NCBI GenBank assembly: GCA_965243135.1
Contig: OZ251539.1
Span: 5,472,001 to 5,536,000 of the forward strand
DNA length: 64,000 nucleotides
Origin: Alphaproteobacteria bacterium
GTDB taxonomy: Bacteria > Pseudomonadota > Alphaproteobacteria > MPNO01 > UBA830
Reading direction: 5' to 3'
Position numbers and translations under genes: made by a program. This document shows positions 1-10,611 of the stretch, in pieces. Position 1 is the first letter of the stretch. The number at the start of each line of letters is the position of its first letter. The notes under the pieces were generated by a model that ran no database searches, was not told the origin of the DNA, and was given only the letters and a program-made list of their open reading frames with translations.

Positions 1-2907
1 GGCAGGCATGGCCTCCTCGAGAGGTTGAGCGAGACGCTTATACATTGGTTCGAGGACCGACCGGCGCAATGGCCGCCGACGTTGCGGCTTGAACTCGCCG
101 ACGCTTTTCGATCGGCGGGCGCAACCGCTCCCTGGTTTCGGCAGACGCTCCAGGAATGGGAGAAGGCGGCAGCCTCCAGTTCTGAACCTGTGGATACGCG
201 GCTCGAATATATGGCGGAGCTCGTTTTTCGATACGTCCAGGATGGCGAAAAGGAAGCCGCGCAGAGCATCGCGCGCTCGCTGATTCCGATGGCGTTCGGC
301 GTCGGATACAGAAAAGATTATCAGTTCGATGACTGGGTTTTCTGGCTGGAGAAAGCTCTCGGGCAAAGGGACGGCGACCGGTATACTGGAGATGCCGGAT
401 GGCTTGCGGGCGTGATTGCGGCGGCGGCTCCAATGACCGAGGGGGCGCCAAGATCGGCTGCAGTTCGACTCGCTCCGGCGGTCGTGCCCGCCGACCCCGT
501 GGCCGCTGTCCGCATTTTCGAGTATCTGGTTCGGCACGACACCATCGGTCATCTCGACGGGCTGGCCGCCTTGGTCGGAGCGCTGGCGACGCACGCGGGC
601 TCCGAGAATCCGGCCGCTGTCGATCTGGCGGCGGACATTGCCGCCGAATTGGTCGCGCCAGCGGGGAACCGCGCTTATCCGGAACTTGCAGAGGCCCTTG
701 TCCGGGCAGCCGAAACTGTTGGCGGCAGGGAAAAACGTGCCGAGCTTGCGAAGTCGATCGCAAGCCGCACCGACAAATTCGCGTTGCCGACTTTGCGAAA
801 GGGATGGCGGCAAGGCCTCGGCCTTGAAGCGGCCGAAGAGGAACGCGAGCGGGACGGGAGATCGAGCGACGACGATTACGGCGCGCTGGTGTTGTCCGAC
901 GGTCGCCGCATTGCTTGGGAAGACGTTGCATCCCGCAATGTCGAAGACATCGTCGCTCTTCGCCGCGATGAGTCCGGCGACTCAAGGTTCGACTGGAGTT
1001 CCGTTATTCGTCGACAGGAGCTGACAAACGAAGAGATTAAGAAGCTGAGCGGCCTGTTCGACGGTGGATTCAGCATGCCGGTTCACATTGCGCTTGCCGA
1101 AGCTGCCGAACGGAAGGGCGAGAGGGAAACCGCATTGGGCCTCGCCAATGACGTCCTGAAAGCGGCGGATGGCCGGTCATGGTGCCGTCAGTTCAGCGAA
1201 GGACGCCAGGACGCCGCCGCCGTCGCCGTGCGGCTCGGCGGTGAGGATGCCCGCGTGAGCGCATGCAGAAATCTCGCTCACGCGCTCGACGTAATCCGTT
1301 GGCTGGCCCCCATGCTGCTAACAGAACTGGACAAGCTGATCGCGATACTCGACCCCGGGCTCGACGTCGAAAAGATTTGGCCGGAGGTCCGCATCTATCT
1401 TGAAGGGATCGCCGAGACGCTTGAGCTGCCCGATTCCGGGGTCCTCTCGGATCACGGCTGCCGCTGGTGGATGTCCGCGCCTTCCAAGGATCGGCGGGCG
1501 GCTGTCGAGGATTCGAGTCCCGAGACGGCGCTTGCGGAACTCGCGGTGGGACACCTGTCGCATCCCGCTTTCCTGGTGCGCGACGCGTCCACCGCCATCG
1601 TCATTCGCGCACTTTGGAACGAATTCGAAGCCATTGCCGAGGCGCTCGGCAGATTCGCGCAACTCGGCTCGAGCGACGATGTCATGGAGCGGGGCGGGCG
1701 CTGCCTCGCGGGCGCGAGATCCCGCAACGGATACGTCGTTCCCCCCTCGCTCCGGCCGCTTGAAACGATACTGGCGAAACATCCAAGCCAGATTATCCGG
1801 GACCTTTCTGCCGATCCTCCGTCACTCGGTCGGCGGCCTCTTTCCCCGCTGTACGGTCTGGATCTGCCCCGGCCGATGGAAGCGCCTGTCGGCTCGAGGC
1901 CTGCGTGCCTGGAACCGTACCGACGGGTTTACAAACTGCTGTCGGACGGACTCGGTCTGAACCCCGATGCGGTGCTGGCGGTCGCTGCCCGCTATGCGTC
2001 GGAGGCTCTTGCCGCTCTGCCGGATCCGGAAGCTGTTCGGAGCGCTCTCGCATCCTCTTCCAACATTCAGTTTACGTATTCCTTGGTGAGGTTCGCTGCG
2101 TCGCGCTCCGCATTCGGGCGAGTCCTTTCCGACCTCGGGGACGCCGGTTTGCTCGAACGCGCGCCGCCGGAGATTCGCCGCCTTCTCCGCACCGTCGACA
2201 TCGACGCCCTGGCGCGCAAGGCGGACGGCCGTCCGAAGATCGTACCCGGTCCGCCTCCCGCAGGCCACGACCAGACAATGTCCCGTTGGTCCGGCGAGAT
2301 AGGGAAAAGGCTCGAGGAGTACATCGCTGCGGCGACGCAGGACGGCCAGGCGCTTATCGGCGCGAGATGCCGGTTGAAGGCGTTGAATCGGGGGCGCCTC
2401 GAAGAGGAATTCGTGTGCGGGACGACCGTCGGAACGAAGCCGCGTGACGGTTTCTTTGAATCCCGGCCCGGGACGTTCCTGAAGGATCTCGCCTCCGTGC
2501 AGATAGCCGAATCGCCGAAGGATGGAGAGCAGCTGATTATCGCGAGTCCTGGCTATTGGTTCGATCAGGCCCGCGCCGACCTGGTTGCGTTCAGGCCCGA
2601 ACTCGCAGCGAAGCTGGAATGGGCGGCGGACCCGGACCGGCCCGGTCGTTGGTTTACTGCCGACGGGGAACTCCGAGTCGAAACCATCTGGTGGGTGGAC
2701 GGATGGTACGGACGCGCGGGCCGCGGCGGCACCGAGGCCGAGGGACATGCGGTCGTCGCCACGTCGTCTGCGCTCGCCGAAATCGCGGCGGTTTTCGGAG
2801 TGACCGCCCGCCACTTCCGTTTGACGCGCCACGGACGGGAGGACGAAAAAGAAGCGGAGCCGGTAACGGCGGCGCGTTCCTCTCCCCTCGCCGTTCCCGA
2901 CGCCTGA
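1..2907 (+). CDS. 5'-truncated C-terminal portion of a very large protein, probably a STAND/NACHT-type (Avs-like) ATPase
   Basis: The frame is open from base 1 to the stop at 2907 (over 960 aa). It is helical, with motifs FGVGYRKDYQ and W..DG...EG.AV that I associate with C-termini of large defence ATPases. No P-loop lies inside the window. Confidence 0.45.
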   Translation, partial: GRHGLLERLSETLIHWFEDRPAQWPPTLRLELADAFRSAGATAPWFRQTLQEWEKAAASSSEPVDTRLEYMAELVFRYVQDGEKEAAQSIARSLIPMAFGVGYRKDYQFDDWVFWLEKALGQRDGDRYTGDAGWLAGVIAAAAPMTEGAPRSAAVRLAPAVVPADPVAAVRIFEYLVRHDTIGHLDGLAALVGALATHAGSENPAAVDLAADIAAELVAPAGNRAYPELAEALVRAAETVGGREKRAELAKSIASRTDKFALPTLRKGWRQGLGLEAAEEERERDGRSSDDDYGALVLSDGRRIAWEDVASRNVEDIVALRRDESGDSRFDWSSVIRRQELTNEEIKKLSGLFDGGFSMPVHIALAEAAERKGERETALGLANDVLKAADGRSWCRQFSEGRQDAAAVAVRLGGEDARVSACRNLAHALDVIRWLAPMLLTELDKLIAILDPGLDVEKIWPEVRIYLEGIAETLELPDSGVLSDHGCRWWMSAPSKDRRAAVEDSSPETALAELAVGHLSHPAFLVRDASTAIVIRALWNEFEAIAEALGRFAQLGSSDDVMERGGRCLAGARSRNGYVVPPSLRPLETILAKHPSQIIRDLSADPPSLGRRPLSPLYGLDLPRPMEAPVGSRPACLEPYRRVYKLLSDGLGLNPDAVLAVAARYASEALAALPDPEAVRSALASSSNIQFTYSLVRFAASRSAFGRVLSDLGDAGLLERAPPEIRRLLRTVDIDALARKADGRPKIVPGPPPAGHDQTMSRWSGEIGKRLEEYIAAATQDGQALIGARCRLKALNRGRLEEEFVCGTTVGTKPRDGFFESRPGTFLKDLASVQIAESPKDGEQLIIASPGYWFDQARADLVAFRPELAAKLEWAADPDRPGRWFTADGELRVETIWWVDGWYGRAGRGGTEAEGHAVVATSSALAEIAAVFGVTARHFRLTRHGREDEKEAEPVTAARSSPLAVPDA

Positions 2908-3339
2908 GAGGCAAGGAGCGGCCTTGGGCGAGCCGCGGAAACGCTCGAAAAACCAGTTGCCCCGGTCCGGCGAAGCGCGGCGCGGCGTCGAACGGGCGGT
3001 CCCGGAGGATTGAAAGCTCTCCGGTTCGGCAATGGCCGACAGGCCGGCGGGACGGGAGCCGTCTTGCGGGAGATCCGGAATGCGCGGCGAACGCCGTCGA
3101 CCGGAACGGTAGGCGCTATTGCGGGGTCGCACCTGGCCGCGTCCGCGAGGCGCGCTGCTTGCCGCGCGGCGCGACCGTCCGCCGGAGAAACCAGGCAGCC
3201 GATTCGCCGAAGGAGCCGGGAACGCTCCTTTCGACGGGAACGCGCCGCGGGAGACTGCTTCCCGGCCGCCGCCGCCGACGCTCGCTCCGGGCGGCGGCCC
3301 GCCGCCCCTTGACGGGAACGGGCGGGAAACGCAAATTCC

Positions 3340-3420
3340 CGCCGACGGAGAGGCCGTATTGCGGATCGTACAGCCTTCACACTTATGCACTAAGCCGCCC
3401 CGCGGTCGCGGCGGGGCCGT
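3340..3420. promoter_or_regulatory. candidate oriT upstream of the relaxase
   Basis: Locally AT-richer CACACTTATGCACTAAG followed by a GC-rich imperfect hairpin, about 100-150 bp upstream of the relaxase start. Inferred from position only. Confidence 0.3.
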
Positions 3421-3519
3421 CCCTACGTTGCGCGGCGGCCCGCCGAGACGCCCGAAGGCCGGGCTGGCCGCGACGGCGCCCGGCGAAACTGCGGGAAGGC
3501 GCTTCCGCTGGCCGGCCGC

Positions 3520-6500
3520 ATGGTAGCGTCGATCGGCCAGGCGGCCGCCGCGGAATACTACCTCGAATCCCAGCGGTCGTACCGCCCGGCCGATGCCTGG
3601 TTCGTCCCCGGCGAAGAGCCCGACGGCGCCTGGTGCAACCCGTCCGGGCTGTTCGATATCGCCGACGGCAGCAGGGTGGAGACGCCCGACTGGCTGGCGC
3701 TCTACGGCGGCTTCTCGCCGGCCGGCGGCGCGCGGCTGACGCGCAATTCGGGCAGCGCGTCCCGGTCAGCCGGCCTCGACGTGACCTGCAGCGCCGACAA
3801 GACGATCTCCGCCCTCTGGGCGGTCGCGGACCCCGGGCTGCGGGAGGGGATCGAGCGTGCGCACGCCGCCGCGGCCCGCGCCGCGCTGGAGGAGATCGTC
3901 TTCCGCCATTGCGGCTACACCCGCGTCCGCAAGCGCGACGGAGAGATCCGCGTCGTTCCCGCCCGCCCGATCGCCGCCATGTTTCCGCACGGATCGTCGC
4001 GCGCCGGGGATCCGCAGCTGCACATGCATTGCGTGATCCTGAACGTGGCGAGGACGGAGGCCGACGGCAGGTTCCGGGCGGTCCACCAGTATCCGGTCTA
4101 TCTGTGGCGGAAGGCCGCCGGTTCGGCCTACCGCAACGCACTCGCCTGGCGTCTTCGCGAGGATCTCGGCCTGCCGGTGGAACGCTACGGCGAGCGCGGG
4201 GAATTCACGCGGGTCGCCGGCGTTCCGGTCGGCCTCGTGAAGCGCTGGTCGAAGCGGCGCGAGAAGCTCGAGAAGCAGGCGGCCGCGATGGGCTACGCCG
4301 TCAAGGGCAACGCCGCGCGGCTGGCGGCGGCGAACCTCGCCGGACGCCCGAGGAAGGATCGCCACGATATCGAATGCCGCCATGAACGCTGGCGGAACGA
4401 GGCGGCGGCGCTGAACGCGGCCGGGCTCGCGGAGTCGGTGGCGGAAGCCGGAAGGCGGTCCGTCGCGCCGCGGTTGCCGGACGGCCTCGAGGAGTTGCCG
4501 CTCGAACTGGTCCGCCGAACCGCCTCCTTCCGGCTGCCGGAACTCGTCGAACGGGTGGAGAATGCGACGGCGGGCGCGCTCGACCGCGCCGGCGTCCGGG
4601 CCTGTCTAAAGCGCGCGCTGGAGCGGGACGATCTGGTTCTTCTGGACGGGCCGAAGAAGTCGGCGGACGCCCGCGCGGGCCTCGCGCACACGAAAGTCTG
4701 GTCGACCCCGACCGAAGTCCGCTCGGCGGCGGTCGGCGGGCGGGACGGGGCCGCGGGAGAGGGCGAACGCGCCGCGGCGGGCGAGCGCGCGGAAGGCGCG
4801 GCGCTCCTCGCCGCCCGCGGTTACGAGTTGATCGCCGCGGCCGGCGACTGGAAGGCCGCGAAGGCGCTTGGAACGGATCGCGGCATGCGGCCCGTCACGA
4901 TCGACCGGCTGCTTCGGATGGAGCTCGGCAGCAAAACCGCGGTCCAGGTCGACGGGACGCTGACGGAACGCGAGGCGCGCTGCCTGGCGGAACTGGCGAA
5001 ACGCACCGGCGCGACGATCCTGCCGGCCGGCGGAGCGCGACGAAACGGACAAGGGGGACGCGACATGAAACGGCTTTCCGAGTTGCTGCCGGCAGTGGGC
5101 GGCAAGGTTGGCGTCGGGGGGATGCCGGGGAACCTTCATCTCGGACGCGACCTTGAAGACGCGATGAAGTCGCTTGTCGGCGATTGGGATCGCTTCCGGC
5201 GATCCGGCGGAACGGCGATGGTTCTCGCGCGCACCCAGGCGGAAGCGCAGGCGCTGTCCTTCCTGCTTCGCACGCGCGCGTTGGAAGGACGCGGCGGGTC
5301 GGCTGCGATCCGCGTCGCGGCCGCCGGCCGCCGGACGGCGCTTCTGGAAATCGCGCCGGGCGACCTCGTCCGGCTCGGCGCGCCGTACCGCGGGCTGAAG
5401 CTGCCCGCCGGAACCGTCGTCGCCGTGAAAGAGGTCGAGGCCGCTCCCGGTTCCGTCCTGATCCGCGGACTCGCGGGAGAGGGGCGGGAGGTGGAGTTTT
5501 CTCCCGACGAGGACAGTCGGGGGAACGCCCAGCTGGACCACGGCTACGCGCAAACGATCTCTTCGGCCCGGGGAGAGGCGGTCGACCGGGTGTTCCTGTT
5601 CGCCGACGACAAGCTGGATGCCTCGATGATCCGGCGCGCGGAAGCGCTTCGGCGGGACGGTCTCGACATCTACGTCGACCGCGAGCCGTTGCCCGCGGGA
5701 GACGCGGCGAACTATCTCGCCGAACGCTGGCGGCGTCCGCCGCCGCCGGACGGCCCCGTCGAAATTCCCGCGAACGGCGGCGGTCCGGCGGAGGGCAACG
5801 CGGCGCGGTTCCCGGAGCGCCCCGAAGAACGCGGCGCCCGCGAGCGGCCGACGGATCCGGACGGCCGGGGCGCGGCGGACTGGCTGGCGGCGAACGGAAG
5901 CGTCTGGGGAAGGGACATGGCCCGCGTCATCCGTCGCGCCGCGTCGGAGTTGCGCGAGCGCGTCGGCGGGGACGTTCCGGGGAACCGGCAAGAGCCGCGG
6001 GAACGGACGGCCGCCGGGAGCGGCCGCGCGCCGTCCGGGACGGGAGAAGACATGGCGCTGCAGGCGACGCCGCGGGAACTGTCGGCGGCGCTCGCCGGAC
6101 GGGCCGAAGAGATCTGCCGCGCGTATCTTCCGGGCGGGAAGCGGACCGGGAACTACTGGCAGGCGGGCTCGGTCGCGGGAGAACGGGGACGCTCGCTCTA
6201 CGTTCATCTCGCGGGCGGCCGGCGCGGCCGCTGGGTCGACGAAGCCACCGGCGAGAAGGGCGATCTCCTCGACCTGATCCGCGCCGCGCGCGGCCATTCG
6301 CGCATGAGCGACGCGATGCGGGAAGCCGCGTCGATCGTCGGCGGCAGCGCGCCCGAACCGCGCGAGGCCGTCGCGCCCGCAACGCCGACGGCGGACCCCC
6401 GCCGCCTCGAAAACTTCCTGCGCTCCGCGCGCGCCGTCGGCGGGGACACGCCGGCCGCGCGCTATCTCGAGCGCCGCGGCCTGCGTCCGGAAGGAGACCT

Positions 6501-8265
6501 GAAATACCACCCGTCCGCGCGGGTCCAGGTCGACGGCGAAGCCCGCCGCCTGCCGGCGCTGCTCGCGCCGGTGCGGACGCCGGACGGACGCCTCGAAGCG
6601 GTGCAGCGGATCTTCGTCCGGGAGGACGGAAGCCCGGCGGAGTTCGAGGGGCGCAAGCGGCATACCGGCTCGCCGCAGCGGGGCGCCGTCTGGTTCGGCG
6701 ATCCGCGCGCGGCGCGGCGGGTCGCGATCTGCGAGGGGGTCGAGGACGCGCTCGCGATCCTCCGGGTTCTGACGCCGGAAGAGAAGCGCGGGATAGCGGT
6801 CGCGGCGAGTCTTTCCGCCGGGCGGCTGGCGCGGATCGAGATGCCCGACGCGGTCCGGGAAGTGGTGTTGGTGCAGGATCGGGACGCCGCCGGCGAGCGC
6901 GCTTGGGAAGCGCTCGGGGCGCGCTTCTCGGGGTCGGGAGTGGCGGTTTCGCGGGCGTTGCCGGAAGGCAAGGACGCCAACGAGGACCTCCTCGAACGCG
7001 GTCCGGAAGCGCTCCGGGCGGCGCTGGCGCCGCTAATCGAAGGAGCGGCGCAGCCGGGAGCGCCGCAACTGCAGGAAGCGGCGGGACGGGGAGCCGCCGG
7101 CCGGCGGGTTGCGGTCGCCGACCTGCGGATGGAGATGGAGGAAATCGGCGCCGCGGGGCTGCGCATCGTCGACGATCTCGCCGCGGGGGGAGAAGCTTCG
7201 CGCCGGATCGTGGAAGACGCGCTGGCGGGCGAGTTCCGGGGCGGAACAGTCGCCGCCCTGCGGGAACTGGGCGCCATCGCCGATGCCGAGTGGTCGCTTC
7301 TCGAGGAGCGCAGCCGCGGCGAGTGGCGCGACTCCCTCGGCGTCCCGGAGCAGGACGAGGACGTCCGGACGTCCGCCGCCGATGCTTACCGGCGCTGGAG
7401 CGAAGGTTCCGCCTCGGCCGACGGTCCGCTCGGCTGGCTGTTCGCCCGCATCGCAAGGCTCGTCGATGCGGTCCGGAGCGCGGCGCGCGGCGCGGAGACG
7501 ATCCAGGACGACCGGGCCGTGGTTCCCGAGGAGCCGGCTCCCGGCGGCGCAACTGCGGGCGGGCGGACGGATTCCGCTTCCTTCGCGAGGCTGAACGAGG
7601 AATGGAAGGAAAGGGCCGCCCGCGCCGACGCGGAACGGACGCACATGATCTACCTCGACGGGCACGGGGAGTTTCTGGGACGGATGAAGGCTCTCGCGGA
7701 AAACCTCGACGAAACGGCCCGAAGCGGCATCGCGTCGGGAGTCAAGTATCTCGAAGCCGGAGAGGACGCCCGGCGGTACGTCGAGAACTGGCTTGCGGCC
7801 ATGGCGAAGTGCGCGGCGCGGCGGGAGGTCCTGGAGAGGGCGCGGGAACTGAGCGGGGTCGCGTCGGTTGCGGAGGTGGCTTCCTACGGCGAATGGCGGG
7901 AAGAAAGCGAAGCGCTCGCGATTTCCGGGAAGATGATGCTGGCGGACGAATCGACGTTCGGCGCTCACCTGCGAAGGCAGCCGGCGGGGGAAAGCGGGGT
8001 CGAGAGCGCCGTCGAAACGATGTCGGCGCGCCACGGGCTGGACGACGGGATCGGCCCGACGGAGTCGGAACGCAAAGACGGCGGAGGCCGGCAGTCCGGG
8101 GATTTTCGCGCGGGGCAGGGGGTCGCGGGCGGACGGAACGAGGTTGCGGGCGGGGAGGTCCGGAGCGCGCCGACGGAGGCCGAACGGGATGAACGCGAGA
8201 GCGTTCGGTCGGGGGAGACAGGAGAAAAAGCCTCGGGCAAGTCCCGCGGCGGCCTGAGCCTTTGA
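3520..8265 (+). CDS. mobF: MobF (TrwC-type) relaxase fused to a degenerate helicase region and a primase/TOPRIM-like module
   Basis: N-terminal EYY, DVTCSADKTISALW and HGSSRAGDPQLHMH (HUH). Helicase remnant LDHGYAQTI. C-terminal YLPGGKR..NYWQAG...KGDLLDLI, ICEGVEDAL, QDRDAAG and KDANE (TOPRIM-like). Confidence 0.9.
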   Translation: MVASIGQAAAAEYYLESQRSYRPADAWFVPGEEPDGAWCNPSGLFDIADGSRVETPDWLALYGGFSPAGGARLTRNSGSASRSAGLDVTCSADKTISALWAVADPGLREGIERAHAAAARAALEEIVFRHCGYTRVRKRDGEIRVVPARPIAAMFPHGSSRAGDPQLHMHCVILNVARTEADGRFRAVHQYPVYLWRKAAGSAYRNALAWRLREDLGLPVERYGERGEFTRVAGVPVGLVKRWSKRREKLEKQAAAMGYAVKGNAARLAAANLAGRPRKDRHDIECRHERWRNEAAALNAAGLAESVAEAGRRSVAPRLPDGLEELPLELVRRTASFRLPELVERVENATAGALDRAGVRACLKRALERDDLVLLDGPKKSADARAGLAHTKVWSTPTEVRSAAVGGRDGAAGEGERAAAGERAEGAALLAARGYELIAAAGDWKAAKALGTDRGMRPVTIDRLLRMELGSKTAVQVDGTLTEREARCLAELAKRTGATILPAGGARRNGQGGRDMKRLSELLPAVGGKVGVGGMPGNLHLGRDLEDAMKSLVGDWDRFRRSGGTAMVLARTQAEAQALSFLLRTRALEGRGGSAAIRVAAAGRRTALLEIAPGDLVRLGAPYRGLKLPAGTVVAVKEVEAAPGSVLIRGLAGEGREVEFSPDEDSRGNAQLDHGYAQTISSARGEAVDRVFLFADDKLDASMIRRAEALRRDGLDIYVDREPLPAGDAANYLAERWRRPPPPDGPVEIPANGGGPAEGNAARFPERPEERGARERPTDPDGRGAADWLAANGSVWGRDMARVIRRAASELRERVGGDVPGNRQEPRERTAAGSGRAPSGTGEDMALQATPRELSAALAGRAEEICRAYLPGGKRTGNYWQAGSVAGERGRSLYVHLAGGRRGRWVDEATGEKGDLLDLIRAARGHSRMSDAMREAASIVGGSAPEPREAVAPATPTADPRRLENFLRSARAVGGDTPAARYLERRGLRPEGDLKYHPSARVQVDGEARRLPALLAPVRTPDGRLEAVQRIFVREDGSPAEFEGRKRHTGSPQRGAVWFGDPRAARRVAICEGVEDALAILRVLTPEEKRGIAVAASLSAGRLARIEMPDAVREVVLVQDRDAAGERAWEALGARFSGSGVAVSRALPEGKDANEDLLERGPEALRAALAPLIEGAAQPGAPQLQEAAGRGAAGRRVAVADLRMEMEEIGAAGLRIVDDLAAGGEASRRIVEDALAGEFRGGTVAALRELGAIADAEWSLLEERSRGEWRDSLGVPEQDEDVRTSAADAYRRWSEGSASADGPLGWLFARIARLVDAVRSAARGAETIQDDRAVVPEEPAPGGATAGGRTDSASFARLNEEWKERAARADAERTHMIYLDGHGEFLGRMKALAENLDETARSGIASGVKYLEAGEDARRYVENWLAAMAKCAARREVLERARELSGVASVAEVASYGEWREESEALAISGKMMLADESTFGAHLRRQPAGESGVESAVETMSARHGLDDGIGPTESERKDGGGRQSGDFRAGQGVAGGRNEVAGGEVRSAPTEAERDERESVRSGETGEKASGKSRGGLSL

Positions 8266-8913
8266 CGCTTCGCGAACTGCCGGGCGGAAAGCGGTCAGCG
8301 GTCGGCAGTTCTGCGTGGTCGCAGGTTATGGACGAAGTCGGCAGCGCGTACCTCGGTGTCGTCGCTCCTGAATGCGGCGTGCCGCCCCGGGCCGGAGCGT
8401 TCGCGTCCGGCCGCAGGTCTGGCTCGGACGGCAGGTCTTGATGCGTTGCTGAAACCTGCCGACGGGAGGGCGACAGCCTTGGATCCCACCGTTCGGGGCG
8501 TTTTTCGACAGGAGCACATTGTTTGACGGCTTCCTCCGACGCAGGCGGTTTCTGTCGCGGGCGGTCTGGCCGGTGGACTCCGAGGCGACGTTCGCCGCGG
8601 GGGCGCTGCTCAAAAAGTGCCCGTTGTTCGGCCGAACTCGGGCTTCCGGCATCGGCGGCGTAGCGGGGCCGCCGCTGCGCCGGTCTCCGTTCCACGCGAA
8701 CGGTCGAGGAGACGGCCGGAACATTCGACGCAGGGTGGACGCCTGAACCGGGAAAAGCTTTCTGCCGTGTTCCGCAGGCATCCGGCGGGGATCCTGCACG
8801 GCCGCCCGAACGCGGTCGCCGAGAGCTGACTTCCAGCCGCGGTCGGAGCGAGCAGGCAGTATGCCTTTGAATGGCGGCAACGCAGGCTGTAGCCTCGCAC
8901 CGGGAGACGGGAA

Positions 8914-10611
8914 ATGACGCTTAGAATTCTTCTGGCGGCGGCATGCGTTGTCTGGTGGTTTGTGACGGCAAGCGCTGCGGTCGCGCAGGCTTACTGCGAC
9001 GAATGGAATACGCCAGCATTCTTTGAGAAGGCTACGGCGTCGGTCGTGAGGCTTTGCTTGACGGATTGGGGCGCTGGGGTATATGCGCGGGGTGGGCTCG
9101 GACGGACGCCCTTGCATGTGGCGGCGGCGTACAGCCAGACCCCTGCCGTGGTGACGGCGTTGCTGGACGCGGGCGCCAACCTGAAGGCGCGGGATAAGTG
9201 GGGATCAACGCCCTTGCATGTGGCGGCGGCGCACAGCCAGACCCCTGCCGTGGTGACGGCGTTGCTGGACGCCCGTGCCGACCTGAAGGCCCAGGATAAG
9301 TCGGGATGGACGCCCCTGCACGTGGCGGCGGCGTCCAGCGAAACCCCTTCCGTGGTGGCGGCGCTGCTGGATGCAGGGGCGGACCGAAAAGCACGGGATA
9401 AAAACGGATTTACGCCTCTGCACATGGCGGCGGGATTGAGCAAGACCCCTTCCGTGGTGGCGGCGCTGCTGGACGCAGGCGCCGACCTGAAGGCGCGGGA
9501 TAAGTGGGGATCGACGCCCCTGCACATGGCGGCGGCGCAAAGCGAGCTTCCTGCCGTGGTGGCGGCGCTGCTGGACGCAGGCGCCGACCTGAAGGCGCGG
9601 GCTAACGATGGATCGACGCCCCTGCACATGGCGGCGGGATTGAGCAAGATCCCTTCCGTGGTGGCGGCGCTGCTGGACGCGGGTGCCGACCTGAAGGCGC
9701 GGGACAAAAACGGAGAGACGCCCTTGCACACGGCGGCGGCGTCCAGCGAAACTCCTTCCGTGGTGGCGGCGCTGCTGGACGCGGGTGCTGACCTGAAGGC
9801 GCGGGACAAAAACGGAGAGACGCCCTTGCACATGGCGGCGGCGTCCAGCGAAACCCCTTCCGTGGTGGCGGCGTTGCTGGACGCAGGGGCGGACCTAAAA
9901 GCACGGGATAAAAACGGATTTACGCCTCTGCATGCGGCGGCGCACAGCCAGACCCCTTCCGTGGTGACGGCGCTGCTCGACGCAGGCGCGGATCCGAAGG
10001 CGCGGGATAAAAACGGATTTACGCCTCTGCATGCGGCGGCGCACAGCCAGACCCCTTCCGTGGTGACGGCGCTGCTCGACGCAGGCGCGGATCCGAAGGC
10101 GCGGGCTAAAGATGGATCGACGCCCCTGCATATGGCGATGAAGTACAGCGAGGCCCCTTCCGTGGTGGCGGCGCTGCTGGACGCGGGCGCCGACCTGAAG
10201 GCGCGGGCTAAAGATGGATCGACGCCCTTGCATGTGGCGGCGGCGTACAGCCAGACCCCTGCCGTGGTGATGGCGTTGCTGGACGCCGGCGCCGACCCAA
10301 AGGCGCGGGATGAAAATGGAGAGACGCTCCTGCATGTGGCGGCGGCGCACAGCCAGACCCCCGCCGTGGTGACGGCGTTGCTGGACGCTGGTGCCGACCT
10401 GAAGGCACAGGATAAACAGGGACGGACGCCCCTGCATGCGGCGGCGGGATTGAGCCAGACCCCTTCCGTGGTAGCGGCGTTGCTGGACATAGGGGCGGAC
10501 CCGAGGGCGAAGGACGCAGCAGGCAAGATTCCCTGGGATCTGATCCCCGACGACTCCACTCTCAAGGGAACGGATGTCTATTGGCGGCTCAACGAGGCGC
10601 GCTTCGAATAG
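8914..10611 (+). CDS. secreted ankyrin-repeat protein (14 repeats)
   Basis: Signal-peptide-like N-terminus (..ASAAVA-QA), N-cap CDEWNT..FF, 14 GxTPLH-type ~33-aa repeats, C-cap KGTDVYWRLNEARFE. Confidence 0.95.
   Translation: MTLRILLAAACVVWWFVTASAAVAQAYCDEWNTPAFFEKATASVVRLCLTDWGAGVYARGGLGRTPLHVAAAYSQTPAVVTALLDAGANLKARDKWGSTPLHVAAAHSQTPAVVTALLDARADLKAQDKSGWTPLHVAAASSETPSVVAALLDAGADRKARDKNGFTPLHMAAGLSKTPSVVAALLDAGADLKARDKWGSTPLHMAAAQSELPAVVAALLDAGADLKARANDGSTPLHMAAGLSKIPSVVAALLDAGADLKARDKNGETPLHTAAASSETPSVVAALLDAGADLKARDKNGETPLHMAAASSETPSVVAALLDAGADLKARDKNGFTPLHAAAHSQTPSVVTALLDAGADPKARDKNGFTPLHAAAHSQTPSVVTALLDAGADPKARAKDGSTPLHMAMKYSEAPSVVAALLDAGADLKARAKDGSTPLHVAAAYSQTPAVVMALLDAGADPKARDENGETLLHVAAAHSQTPAVVTALLDAGADLKAQDKQGRTPLHAAAGLSQTPSVVAALLDIGADPRAKDAAGKIPWDLIPDDSTLKGTDVYWRLNEARFE

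Noticed and set aside
5184-8192. 1002-aa alternative-frame ORF and similar long Arg/Gly/Pro-rich ORFs (2556-4385, 22962-25481, 61895-63946)
   Set aside because: They overlap well-supported genes and have the composition of off-frame GC-rich sequence.
9090-10510. ~99-bp periodic repeats as a possible CRISPR or non-coding array
   Set aside because: They are coding ankyrin repeats with no unique spacers, and there are no cas genes.
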